DNA of 64,000 bases. Source: Octopus sinensis (taxonomy: Eukaryota). Where the stretch lies: the NCBI RefSeq assembly GCF_006345805.1, contig NC_043009.1:33232001-33296000 (forward strand), read 5' to 3'. This document shows positions 28,043 through 40,678 of the stretch, piece by piece. The stretch's first letter is position 1. The number at the start of each line of letters is the position of its first letter. The notes beneath the pieces are model-generated. The model searched no databases and was not told the origin of the DNA. It saw only the letters and a list, made by a program, of their open reading frames with translations. The translations under genes were made by a program, and so were the position numbers.

Positions 28043-28590
28043 ATCTATTTCTTTATTGCCCACGGGGGTCTAAATATAGAGAAGGAAAACAAGGACAGAC
28101 AAAGGGATTAACTCGATTACATCGACTCCAGTGCGTAACTGGTACTTAATTTATCGACCCCGAAAGGATGAAAGGCAAAGTCGACCTCGGTGGAATTTGA
28201 ACTCAGAACGTAAAGACAAACGAAATACCGCTAAGCATTTCGCCGCGGCGTGCTAACGTTTCTGCCAGCTCACCGCCTTCGAAAGGATGAAAGGCAAAGT
28301 CGACCTCGGCGGAATTTGAACTCAGAACGTAACGGTAGACAAAATACCGCTAATCCTTTCACCCGACTAACGTTTCTTATTTCTTTATTGCCCACAAGGG
28401 GCTAAACATAGAGGGAACTAACAAAGACAGACAAAGGGATTAAGTCGATTAGATCGACCCCAGTACGCAACTGGTACTTGATTTATCGGCCCCGAAAGGA
28501 TGAAAGGCAAAGTCGAACTCGGCGGAATTTGAACTCAGAACATAACAGCAGACGAAATACCGCTAAGCATTTCCCCCGGCATGCTAATGA
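28043..28590 (-). mobile_element. Cluster of three SINE family A copies (28043-28278, 28281-28377 partial, 28378-28590) with an AATAAAGAAA-type tail
   Basis: Same tRNA-like head and cctttcggggtcgataaa core as the other family A copies, but a different 3' tail (ctctatgtttagccccttgtgggcaataaagaaa). Confidence 0.85.
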
Positions 28591-29584
28591 TTATGTATAT
28601 CAATAAGAATAAGTACATACATGAAATGCATAAAATAAAAAGCCAAGACCCTACACTAATATAGAGGAGAGAGACAAATATAGAGAGAGTAGTGTAAGAG
28701 AAGGAGAGTTGGAGGAGTGCGAGGAGAGAAGGAGAGGCAAAGAAGATTTAACAACAAAAAACATTTGAAGTTGATTTCTCTGTCTTTAAGGAACACAGCT
28801 TTAATAGTGTGATTTGATTAAGGTTCATTAAAGTTTCACCTCACTTCTGCTCGGTTTACTGATTGGCTATAAATAAATGCTTAATAAAGTCAATGGATCT
28901 CCGGCAGTGTCAACGGTGTCTGCTTCAGCTGTTCCATCCAGTGAACTTGGATTTCATTGAAATCATTTGTGACTAATTGAATGATTCGCTGACACTTGCA
29001 CTTCTAGTTTTAAAATTCTTATGTGTGCACTTACACACACAAACAGGTACACACACATATATATGTACATGCATATAAAATACAGTGTACATTTGAACAC
29101 ATTAAGTGGCTTCCATGATAGGAATCCTTTCTCCTAGAAAGAACAGCTAAAGTCCAAGCCACTAATTAGGGATAAATTCCCGAAGGGGATGAAAAATAAA
29201 AACATTTTCCATCTCTTTCCTGGACCATGGTTTCTGACATACTTTAGCAATTAAAATAATTTACTAGGTGAAGTCTTCTTCAGCACGGACGCCAAGATTA
29301 AACATATAAACACGAGGCCAATCCAGCATGTGCCTCTTGCTTCTACATTTTAATAATTTTCAAATCCAACGCGCAAGCGCAGTTTTTTTTTTTTTTTAGT
29401 TTTTTGTCAGCAGCAAAAAGATGCCGACAAGTTCTTCGGACGAATCTACCAGAAATCATTATAGATAATTATTGATATCAGGGTAATAAAGATTTTTGAA
29501 ATTTTTACTACCAGCGACCTAGCGTATAGAAAAATTAGTCGATGGACTATATATATTATTCATATAAAATACAGTGTTTAAATG

Positions 29585-29742
29585 AAGCTTATAAGCGATC
29601 ATCGTGAACTGACTGAAGAAAAAAGAAGTCTAATATTGGGGTATATAAGCCTAGACGGAAAAAAATGGATTTCCGTATGCGTTTAAAACTCGAACCCACA
29701 TCTCTGTGTCTTCACGACAAGTGTGTTACCATTACACTAACG
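29585..29742 (-). mobile_element. tRNA-derived SINE family D
   Basis: Minus strand reads cgttagtgtaatggtaacac...gtgggttcgagt (A and B boxes), then tttttccgtctaggcttatatacc. This is homologous to 37610-37806. Confidence 0.6.
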
Positions 29743-29747
29743 TGTAC

Positions 29748-30200
29748 ATGCATACATGCATACATACATACATGCATACATACATACATACATACATACA
29801 TACATACATGCATACATACATACATACATACATGCATACATACAAACATACATACATACATACATACATACATACATGCATACATACATACATACATACA
29901 TGCATACATACATACATACATGCATACATACATACATACATGCATACATACATACATACATGCATACATACATACATACATACATACATGCATACATACA
30001 TACATACATACATGCATACATACATACATGCATACATACATACATACATACATGCATACATACATACATGCATACATACATACATACATACATATACATG
30101 CATACATACATACATACATACATGCATACATACATAACAACATACATACATACATACATACATACATACATACATACATGCATACATACATACATACATA
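29748..30200. repeat. (CATA)n/(CATG) microsatellite
   Basis: Direct reading. Confidence 0.95.
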
Positions 30201-30791
30201 CGTATGTACATTGTACACAAACCTATACACGCTCACAATGATATGATAAACATACTTACACCTCTATATAAATACATATAAACAAGTACGCACACACCTG
30301 TAGACGCATGCATAAACACACACACAAATACAGGCAAGCACAAACTTTCTCTCACATCAAAATCAAATGTGGAAGTCTTAAAAGAATCAAACAAAATCAT
30401 TTTCTTCATTCTTATATATTTTGGTAGAATTTAGGGAGTTTTGGGAGTTGCTCAAATTAAAAATTAGTCCTTTATTTAATCAAGTATTTTTGAAAAACTT
30501 TAAAACAATATTCTAAATATTTAACCCTTAATAAATATTCCAACTACCATTGTGAGACTATTCCTTGTTTCCTCAACAAAATATTCAAATTTGTTTTTAT
30601 TTCGTTTGGATATTTTTTTTAATTAACGACTTACAAATTTCTGTCTAGGTTTTCCTAATCATGCACGCGTTTTTATTAATTTAACTAAATTGATCAACTT
30701 TTTGAGATCAAATAAAAGTATTCTTTAACAAAATTGAAGAGAAAGAATATATATATATGTGTGTGTGTGTGTGTGTATGTATATATGTATG

Positions 30792-30839
<48 letters not shown>

Positions 30840-30879
30840 AATACCTTTGTTGTAGCGAAGAGAATAGAGAGCTCTGCCA

Positions 30880-31165
30880 ACTCAGCACTCACTGAAATGG
30901 TGTGATCTCAGAAATCTGCTGTTCCAAGAAATGAGAGATGAGTGGAGCCTGTTGGTGGAAAACTTCAGTAGGATATTCGCCTACCCGGCATCGCCAAAAT
31001 CTCTTCTGATGCCTCTGGTAACAACATTGCTTCCACCCGATTTATCCAAGACAAGTGTCTTGGAGAAATACTGGCACAGTGTATAAGAGAGTAGATGTCC
31101 AGTAGACTGGTTCTACGAAAGTCGTGCTGGTGGTCACCACTGAGGAGAGCGAGAGTTTGTAGACG
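30880..31165 (-). mobile_element. Old CR1/Jockey-group LINE RT remnant
   Basis: LLSGDHQHDFRRTSLLDIYSLIH and, in another frame, GSNVVTRGIRRDF...ILLKFSTNRLHSSLISWNSRFL. These resemble LLSDHQYGFR..RST.D and VVALDI.KAFD.V...LL.KL...G...LI.WI.SFL. Confidence 0.45.
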
Positions 31166-31646
31166 TATCCTCCCTAGATCATATACTCACTAAAACTTGA
31201 GAATGTACTCTTATGTGCTCACCAAAAATTGATGGGAAAATTTATAATGGACGGATGAAAGAAAGGATCAACAAAAGAAAGGACCTGTGGAATGATTACA
31301 ACTGATAACTGATACAGAATTATTGTTTTTGTTGTTGTACATTTACCGAAAATAGTCTTGACTGAAAATTGGGGAGACAGTTGTAGAAATGTTGGCAACA
31401 GGTTTTCCTTGTTTTGACTGTGTGTGCGTCACGATGATTGGTTTTACGCAGAAGGCTGCCTGATCAGTTTAAAACAGCTAATTCTGTCTTACAACTGAAG
31501 ATAGAAAGGTATGATAGTTAAAAATATCGCTTTATACATACATATATTTGTATATATTATTACATATTTACACATACACACACGCATACACATACATATC
31601 TGCATACATTTATATACATGTATATATATATATATATATTATATGA

Positions 31647-31712
<66 letters not shown>

Positions 31713-32783
31713 TGTATGTATATATGTATACATCTGTGTCTGTGTGTGGTGTGGTAAAGCATGATAATTGCATTTACAGTACGTGAATATATTGACGCAA
31801 ACGTATAGCCACACACAAAGAGAGAGACGAATGAGTTAAAATAGAGTTCATACAAGACCACATGACAAGTTAAATATTCAACGATTCCGTCATTGTTTTG
31901 CAGGAATTTATTTGTCATATTTTTTTCTGTTTGTTTGCCATCTGAAAAAGAAAAATGTTTTGCAAAAGACGTAAATGAGGATCTGTTGACATCACCGTTT
32001 TATATTCACTTCAATGCACAAACATACACCGATTTGATCTGTTTATACAAGAAGGTTAGCTCCCTTACTTCTCGCCTATCCATTTAGAAACTCCTCATCA
32101 AATTATGAATGTTACACTGGACGATTCATTGTTGCAGATATTATCCGCATGCATGGCTACCTCGAATAATTCTTATTACCAATGTCCTTATTGCAGAAAA
32201 TAGCTACCTTTATATTATCAGCTGTAGGCTTTCGAGAAAAACACCAATTTCTTATGCAGATAAGTTTTACACCTTTTCACACGTTGTTATTTTTTCATAT
32301 ATAAATATATATATATATATAATATATATATATTTATACATCTATATATGTATTTAACATATATATATAATAAAATATATAATATATATATATATCTATA
32401 TGCAGAGGCGTAAATATTTTGGTTAGGTATTATAGTTTTTTTTGTATAAGTTTTGAGTGAGGAAACAATAGGAGTGGGGTAGTATATAGATAGCATATTC
32501 TTAGCTAAAATTCAGAAATGTAGGAAAAAAATAAAAGAAAGTGTAGAAACCATTTTGTTGCCGGGTCAGAGATAAATATATTTATAAGAGGTTACAGAAA
32601 AATCATGAACTTGGTTTACAATCCGAAAGGTTTTGATTCATGGATATTGGCAATAAAACAAGCATCACTTCCGCTCTTTCAATCTCTATCCCCACCTCTC
32701 TCTCCCTCTCGCTCTCTCTCTTTTCCTTACACACACCACACACACATACATACAAAAGCGAACATGTACATATAGAACTGTAC

Positions 32784-32900
<117 letters not shown>

Positions 32901-33132
32901 ATTATAATATATGTCTATATATATATGTGTGTATGTATGCATAAATATTTATATATATTATTAGATTCATAAATATATTACAGTTCCTTGGCGGAAGATT
33001 AACTACTATTGCTTTTAACTCGCTGTATATACATATATAATCGCGATGCGTATGTGTATACACGCAAGACCCAAATACACCCAAGCATACATACATATGC
33101 ACATACATACATGTATGTATGTTTGTGTGTGT

Positions 33133-33164
<32 letters not shown>

Positions 33165-34960
33165 CTGAATATCTGTATGCACGTTTCCATTTGTGGCATA
33201 CAGCTCAACCCCCACTTCATCCTTTAAATAGTGTCACATGTCACATGTAAGAATGATTAGATTATAGCAAACAAACGTAAAAATAGTTATCAGTGTTTTG
33301 GGGAATTATTTACAGACACAAAGGAGAGCGTCGCAGGAAACCCTTTTATGAGGGAGGGGGGAGTGGTAGATTATCAGTTAATTCATAAAGCGGATCACGT
33401 TCCTTTAGGTTTAACCTGTCTTTTATGCTTGAAAGGATTATCTTTGTATATGTTGTTGTTGTTATGTCAATAGTATTTCTATTATTGTTTGTTATACAAG
33501 TTTGTGTGCGTTCACTCAGTAACAGATCATTGGGGTCAAGACAACAGACTGAAGACAGTTTAAAGTTAAATCTACGCGAGTAATTACACACCTGTGCAAC
33601 AAAACTCGTAGGTAAATATATTTAGATTGATACATTGGTCTCGTTCTTTTCCATAACTATTCAGGGAACTCCAAAGCAAGACACATAGTGACAACAACGA
33701 CTATAAAGACATAACACTCTTTTTACGAAGTTTTCCGAATCTAAAATGTAAGAAGTTAGTTTGAAAATTTGGGCATTTACTCGTAACGATGGAAACGTGT
33801 TGACCGTTCGGACACATCATTGACCAATAAACAACTTCCATTTCCCCTGTTCCGTTTTAACAATCGAAAGTATTTGTTTTTTATGCGTTAGCTCCAGGTC
33901 AACAACGAACGAACATCCCAGCCATGACAACCCCGTTTTCAGTTTCTCAGACACAGTGTATCTAGGGTCACATAATCTAATTTCTTTTTAAGCTGTTAAG
34001 AGTGATTTAAGGGAGATTCGGATTACTTTTCAAGCATGTTGAGTGGCTACATAAAACCCCTGCATTTCTTATAATATATACCCATTCCATGGTACAAGAC
34101 CATCCAGGTGCTTAAATAGTTTTCTTCGACATTCCTATAGAAATTTTCAATTTTGCAAAAGGCATTTCTAACGTGCTAACAGTTAAAAACTGCCGTGAAT
34201 CAGTGATGGAAGTGACAGGTCTTTTCGGAGATGTCACATTAACATATCTAATATTCTAACTAAATTCACAGGTTCGAATGGTACCGGTCATTCTTACTAG
34301 GTTCAAGTACCACCAGGTATCGAAACTAGGTTCGAATGTCATGAAATATTGGAACTTAATTTCGAGTCAAATACCAACAAAAATATCTGAATTCTAAAAT
34401 AAGAAAAAAATTGATAATTCAAGAATTATGAATCTTAGTAATGTTATTACTTGTAGCTTTTTTTGTCCCATTTCTTTTGGACCCTACTCTGCAGCTGGGG
34501 TGCCACAGGAGTAACTAAACATCTTGTTTATCATAGCTTTTGTATACCATCTCTCACTCTTTTCAAAAGTAACAAATAATATCTCAAAAGGCTTTAGAGA
34601 CATTGTCCCAGCGGACAATATGGAAAAGGCGTCACCCCGGATGATGGTGAGAGAAATATGCGTTGGAAAATCTATCCACAAAATTCTAAATGTAAATAAA
34701 CATTTTTAAATAACTTCGAAGTTACAAAGTCCTGTTATATAAAATAACAACTAAGTTCCGATAATATAGAACATTCTCATTAATGTCTAATTAAAAACAT
34801 CACAGTAGCAATTATCATATTAAAATTCTCACGCTCAAAACCTAGATTTATGTAAATATATGCAAAATAAATGGGTAAAACAACGTATCATGAATTAATG
34901 GGCTCCAAATAGATTTGCCTTCATTTGACTTCAAATAGAATTAAGCAGAAGAGCTATGTT

Positions 34961-35004
<44 letters not shown>

Positions 35005-35012
35005 CATCATCA

Positions 35013-35071
<59 letters not shown>

Positions 35072-35105
35072 TACTATTATCATCATCATCATCATCATCA
35101 TCATT

Positions 35106-35310
35106 AAGGTGGCGAGCTGGCAGAATCGTTAGCACACCGGGTGAAATGCTTAGCAGTATTTCGTCTGCCGCTACGTTCTGAGCTCAAATTCAGCCGAGGT
35201 CGACTTTGCCCTTCATCCTTCTGGAGTCGATAAAACAAGTACCAGTTTAACACTGAGGTTAATGTAATCGACTCACCCCACTCACCGAAATTGCTGGTCT
35301 TGTGCCAAAA
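35106..35310 (+). mobile_element. SINE family A, well-preserved copy between (ATT/CAT)n tracts
   Basis: A box tggcagaatcg, B-box-like gttctgagctcaaattc, core gcccttcatccttctggagtcgataaaacaagtaccag, tail ggtcttgtgccaaaa followed by (ATT)n. Confidence 0.85.
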
Positions 35311-35379
<69 letters not shown>

Positions 35380-35406
35380 TCTGCCTGATTAATCGGTGTG
35401 CATCCA

Positions 35407-35456
35407 AAGCAATGAATAATTGTATTCAAGGCAATGAATACGAAACCGGTATGCTT
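35407..35456 (+). ncRNA. Hammerhead-like motif, A3-U8 core variant with a 3-nt insertion
   Basis: AAGCA-AUGAAUA-auu-GUAUUC(aaggcaau)GAAUAC-GAAAC(cg)GUA-UGCUU. Stem I is 5 bp and stem II is 6 bp, with palindromic ACCGGU. Confidence 0.55.
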
Positions 35457-35614
35457 GAATCTCTTAAACAATTCACAACAATGACTTTTATTACTTTTAT
35501 TCCTACCTCAGTTCATCTAATTGTATATATCTTTCATTACTTTTCATAAAAAGCCTTTACTTTTTTGATTTACAATGTGCATTTTCGTTGATTCTTCTTA
35601 TTTTCCCCCTATGT

Positions 35615-35650
<36 letters not shown>

Positions 35651-35654
<4 letters not shown>

Positions 35655-37109
35655 AAACAAGTCAAAAATAGAAAATGCTAAGATGATTTTATAGTGAATC
35701 TTTCAGTACCGGTTTCGGTCATTTTGAGACCTTTTCAACTGTAACGATTAAATAATTAAATTTTGAAAATTTAGAAAAATTAGAAGAAAGGTTTTTTTAA
35801 AGGAATACTTCCATAGTAGTGTTCAGATATATGTGGCATTCTGCCTTTCTCTGACTCCCTTGTTTGCACTTGTGTATTCGAGGTCGTTGTGAGTTCTTGA
35901 GGGGGTGGGAGTGGGAAAATCTGGGCCGGTCAGTGGCGACCGGCAGTCGCTGCGTAGGCGTTATACTTAAAGACATTAGTGGGGTAGAAGGTGGAGAAGT
36001 AGAAGCAGAAGAAGAGATGACGGTGCCGATGATGATGACGATGAAGAAGAAGAAGGAGAGGAGAAGATGACGATGATGATGGTGGTGATGACGATGACGA
36101 CGATGATGATGAAACGATGATGATGAAGAAGAAGAAAAAAGAGGAGAAGAAGAAAAAAAACAGAGAAGGGAGAATATGAATGGGTGAAGTTATAGCTGTT
36201 TTGGGGCGATTAGTAATGGATTCTATGGAAGTAATATTTGTGTGTTATATATATTTCTTTATTCTTAAGTTGAGCTATATTAATTGTTTGTCGTAGACCC
36301 GTTAAGAAGTGGCCTGTATTTTTATAATAAGAGATTTTCTTTACTATTTATTCGGTTCTCGAGGTTGTATCGTCCCTAAATTGGTAGAGGGGGAAAAATT
36401 CGAAGTTTGGTGTTTTTTTGTTGGCGCAAGTATCTATGTGTTGGCTAAAAGCTATTTTTCTGTTTTGGGGAATTTTTATCTGGGATCTGTGCAGGCCATT
36501 CGTTTACGCAAACCATTTTTTGTTTGGCCTATGTACTGCTCTTGAACCCGGAGCAGGTTAGTGAGTATATTAGGTTCTCCGAAGCACATGTGAAGTTGCT
36601 TTTCACTGTAAACCGTTGTCCCTGTTTGAAGGAGAACTCAGAATCCTCGATTAGATAGTCGCATATCCCGCAATTGGGTCTTCCACATTTTTTACTGTCG
36701 GCTTCTGTGTTGAGAGTGAATTCGGGCTTGTGTTAGAAGACTTTTCATGGATCTAGGCTGTCTTTGCTTTTTATGATCGTGTGTGTTTTGGAGGATTGTG
36801 TTCATTCTGTGGTCTTTTTTTAGGAGGGGTATGTTGTGGAGGATGGTGCCGAAGGCTTCGTTATTGAGAGGGTTGTGTGTGGAGATGTATGGTAAGGCTT
36901 TTGGTTGTAAGTTTTTCTTTGATTTGGATGTGTCTCAGTTCCTTGATGTTAAGTTGAAGGGCACGTTGAATGCACTTGTCAATAAGTGAGGTGGATAGTT
37001 CCTGGTGATAAGGGTATCTTTTAGTTCTTGTAGTCGTGTGTCTCTGGTGTTTGCGTTAGAGACTATAGTGCATATCCTTTTTGCTAGATTGAAAGGGATA
37101 TTGAAGGGG

Positions 37110-37110
<1 letters not shown>
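35651..37110 (-). mobile_element. Neptune-like PLE 3' remnant (thumb, zinc knuckle, GIY-YIG, pLTR), (TA)n-flanked
   Basis: The minus strand gives NIPFNLAKRICTIVS...RLQELKDTL..RNYP, LPYISTHNP, KCGRPNCGICDYL, NFTCASENLIYSLTC, EQYIGQT and ...KYRPLLN across frameshifts. Confidence 0.85.
35704..35741 (-). ncRNA. Minimal hammerhead, U3-A8 compensated core
   Basis: CAG-UUGAAAA-GGUC(ucaaaau)GACC-GAAAC(cg)GUA-CUG, with palindromic ACCGGU stem III. Confidence 0.7.
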
Positions 37111-37168
<58 letters not shown>

Positions 37169-37171
<3 letters not shown>

Positions 37172-37801
37172 ATTGTTTTTGTTAAGCAGCGTCGATTTTT
37201 ACAATTCTGTAAATAATAATAATATTTTATAAGCTTAAAGCTTATTATAAGCGATCACCGTGTAATGTCTAAAGTAAATAGTGTAAACTATATATACACC
37301 AACGTGTAAAGTAAATATACACCAATGCACAACCTACTTCTTTCCCTCTGATTTAAATCTGATTCAATCAATGAGGTGTGGGTTCGAGTCCCAACACGTA
37401 TGAGGAAACCTACTTTTTTCTGTCGAGGGCCTATATGCCCCTTTACTAAACATTTTAGTCTTTAGTCATTAGTCATTATTTACAGAATTGCAAAAATTGA
37501 TGCTGCTTAACAAACGCCATCGCAGTAAAAGTACATGAAAGTTTGTTTACAAAAACGACACAACAAACTAATTATTGTTCTTAAATCTGACGGAAAGAAG
37601 CAGGTTGTGCGTTGGTGTAAATGGCTAGCATACTCGACGCAAAAACGAAGAGGGTTGGGTTCGAATCCCACGCGTACGGGAAAAACCTACTATTTTCCGT
37701 CGAGGGCTTATATACACCATTATTAAACAATTTTCTTTAGTCATTGCGCAGCGATCGACTTTACGCTTTAAGCTTATAAAATATTATTATTATTATGTAC
37801 A

Positions 37802-37806
<5 letters not shown>
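37169..37806. mobile_element. Cluster of SINE family D pieces: minus-strand tail 37169-37262, plus-strand partial 37378-37524, plus-strand copy about 37610-37806
   Basis: tRNA-like head gcgttggtgtaaatggctagca...gggttcgaatccca. The tail segments are inverted relative to 37169-37242. Confidence 0.55.
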
Positions 37807-37836
<30 letters not shown>

Positions 37837-37837
<1 letters not shown>

Positions 37838-38000
37838 CGACGAGCTTCTTTCAGTTTCCGTCTGCCAAATGCACTCACAAGGCTTTAGTCGGCCTGAGGC
37901 TATAGTAGAAGACACTTGCCCACGGTGCCACGCAGTGGGACTGAACCCGGAACCATGTAGTTGGGAAGACGCTTCTTACCACACAGCCACTCTTGTGCCT
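37837..38000 (-). mobile_element. tRNA-derived SINE family B (head plus CORE-like part)
   Basis: Minus strand: gagtggctgtgtggtaag...gggttcagtcccactgcgtggcaccgtgggcaagtgtc...ggaaactgaaagaagctcgtcg, followed by (TA)n. Confidence 0.8.
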
Positions 38001-38069
38001 ATATAATATTTGTAAACAAAAACGGAAGCTAATAAGTTACGGAGAAAAAAGCGACTGCTAATGTCTTTT

Positions 38070-38108
<39 letters not shown>

Positions 38109-38111
<3 letters not shown>

Positions 38112-38334
38112 GCGAGTGGTGCTGAAAAGTTCCTGGCTTTGGGTGAAAAAAATACAGGACGATCAGTTAAGATTTTATTCAACATACTCCCCTCTCAGAT
38201 TCACACACTTATTGCAGTGGTTCTTCAGTTTTTCTAAGCCCTGGAATAGAACTCGGAAGGTTGGGCCTCCAACCAGGCCTTTCGCAATACCCCCAAAGCC
38301 ATGAACATTTTAGCACACACACACCCTATCTCGT

Positions 38335-38335
<1 letters not shown>
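38109..38335 (-). mobile_element. Non-autonomous mariner derivative (internally deleted, both TIRs, TA-flanked)
   Basis: Left TIR tacgcgagtggtgctgaaaagttcc and degenerate right TIR gaacattttagcac...ctcgta. The minus strand reads FQGLEKLKNHCNKCVNLRGEYVE*. Confidence 0.75.
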
Positions 38336-38418
<83 letters not shown>

Positions 38419-38442
38419 GGGGCAAATACCCCGAAACTAGTC
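38419..38442 (+). ncRNA. 3' half of a hammerhead fused to (GATA)n
   Basis: GGGG(caaata)CCCC-GAAAC(ta)GTC with palindromic ACTAGT. The 5' core and stem I are replaced by microsatellite. Confidence 0.4.
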
Positions 38443-38672
38443 TGTAGATGCCAGACCAGCAAGGTGAAGCGGCTGACCTCCACTGTTCGAAGGTTATAAT
38501 GGACACAAGTTCGTGTGTCACATAGTTAGCTAGCTAGCTAGAGGCGACGGCCTCTTGGAGCTAATCAACGTCAGCATTCGTCCTATTTTCCTGGACTGCC
38601 ATGTCAGCTTGGCGATAACAACTAATATCCAGTACCGCTGCTGTAGTCTCCTTAGAGAGACTTAGAATATAT

Positions 38673-38741
<69 letters not shown>

Positions 38742-39355
38742 TATAAATGTTATATATACCCCTAAAAATAAGCGGAACATTATTGTCTTGACAATCACAG
38801 ACATATATAAGCATTATATTCCACGAGTCTTTTCACCATTATACACCAATCTATTTTATTCGATTTAATTCTACCTCAATTTAATGTACCTGTAAAATCA
38901 GTTTTAATATTTTACCTGAGGTGTGGCAAGGTTTAATGATCTGAGGAAGTTTGAATTAAAACTTCCGTATGGTAGATTCTATCACTTCAATATCCAATAA
39001 ATTTCACAGACCAAAATGAATAAAATAGTTTTTTAAAAAGTTCAAAAAATTAAAAACTCCAATAATTCTTTTTTTTTTTCATTTTTATACCAAATTAAAT
39101 ATGGTTTATTTTGTAATGGTTCAATGTATTTGTTTGGGTGGAGTTTTGTCGCAAAACTGCAGGTTAAAACTCTTTCATTAGAGAAATGTTCATTGAAGTG
39201 ATTGGAGCGGGAGAAGAAGGGATATCAAATTATCAATTTGTATTATAATTTGCAAATTAACAGAAGCAGAGTATGGCGGAGGGGAGTGATGAGGAAAAGA
39301 GAAAGGTGGATGCTAACTACGAGCGGCGTTAACAAGATACTGGTCCAATTAATGA

Positions 39356-39424
<69 letters not shown>

Positions 39425-40175
39425 CGGTTCTGGGGGTCTTGGAGGTGGTGGTGGTAGTGATGGTAGTAGTTGTGGTGGTTTAGATAATGGTGATGGTGGT
39501 AGTAGCAGCAGTGGTATTGGCGGTGGGGATGGGTGTGGGTGTAGTGCTAGCAGGCGTAGTGGTGGAGATAGTGATTGAGGTAGAGATAACAGTAATGATG
39601 GTGATGCTGTTGTTGTTGTTGTTGTTGTTGTTGTTTTGTTGGTAGCGGTGCTGGTGCTGGTGGTGTTGGTGCTGGTGGTGATGCTGGCACTGGTGATTGT
39701 CATCAAATATTAAAATCCGGATACAAAAGTAATGTTTGTAAATTACCAAATAAACAGACAAACCTGAAAACGTGGTAATGAGGTTGAATATACATCATTT
39801 GTGAGTATTGTAGAGAGGTTGGGGAACGGGAGGGGGAGACGGGAAGACAAAAACAACAACAGCAACAACAGCAACAACAGCAACAACAGCGGCAGCAACA
39901 GCAGCAGCAGTACTTTGTAATTTCTGTGGAAGAATTAAATTTTTCAAACTCTGAGGTTTCGCTATAGTGTGTGGGTGTATGAGTAGGTTGTTGTACATAT
40001 GTGAATACGTGTGTGTGTGTGTATATATGTTTGTGTATATTGCTGCGTATATAGCTGCTTATGTGTTCATATATTTCAATATACAAGTGGGTGTATATGT
40101 GGGCTGGTGTTAGTATGTGTATACGTGTGGATATTGCTGAGTGTAGAACGATATGTATGCTTCAAAATATATATA

Positions 40176-40223
<48 letters not shown>

Positions 40224-40326
40224 TATATATATATATATGTACTATATATATATGTGTGTGTGTGTGTCTGTGTTGTGTGTGTCTGTGTGTATACATATAT
40301 ATATATATGCATATGTGGATGTTTAA

Positions 40327-40678
40327 TGGCCCAGTTGTTAGGGCAGCGGACTCGCGGTCGAAGGATCGCGATTTCGATTCCCAGATTGGGCGTTGTGAGT
40401 GTTTATTGAGCAAAAAACCCTAAAGCTCCACGAGGCAGGGGTTGGAGTGAACCCTACTATACTCATTTGCTACAAATTTCTCTCACTCTTCCTTCCTGTT
40501 TCTGTTGTACTAGTATTTCAAAGGGGCCAACATTGTCACACTCTGTGACACGTTCAATCTCCCCGAGAACTACGTTGTCTGTGGAGTGCTCAGCCACTTG
40601 CACGTAAATTTCACGAGCAGGCTGTTCCATTGATCGGATCAAGTGAAACCCTCGTCGTGGAAACCAACGGAGTGCAAC
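40327..40678 (+). mobile_element. tRNA-derived SINE family C
   Basis: A box tggcccagttgttagggcag and B box gatttcgattccc, followed by a body of about 280 bp set between microsatellites. Confidence 0.6.

Noticed and set aside
28800-28990. gattggctataaata as a promoter
   Set aside because: No downstream gene or other support; such motifs are common in AT-rich DNA.
37610-37680. Genuine tRNA gene
   Set aside because: A and B boxes are present, but there is no clean acceptor or anticodon stem and the sequence continues into a shared SINE body. The same applies to the other tRNA-like heads.
38941-38979. CTGAGGA-agttt/aaact hairpin followed by ccgtatggta
   Set aside because: GAAA is absent and stem I does not pair. 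At most a dead HHR relic.
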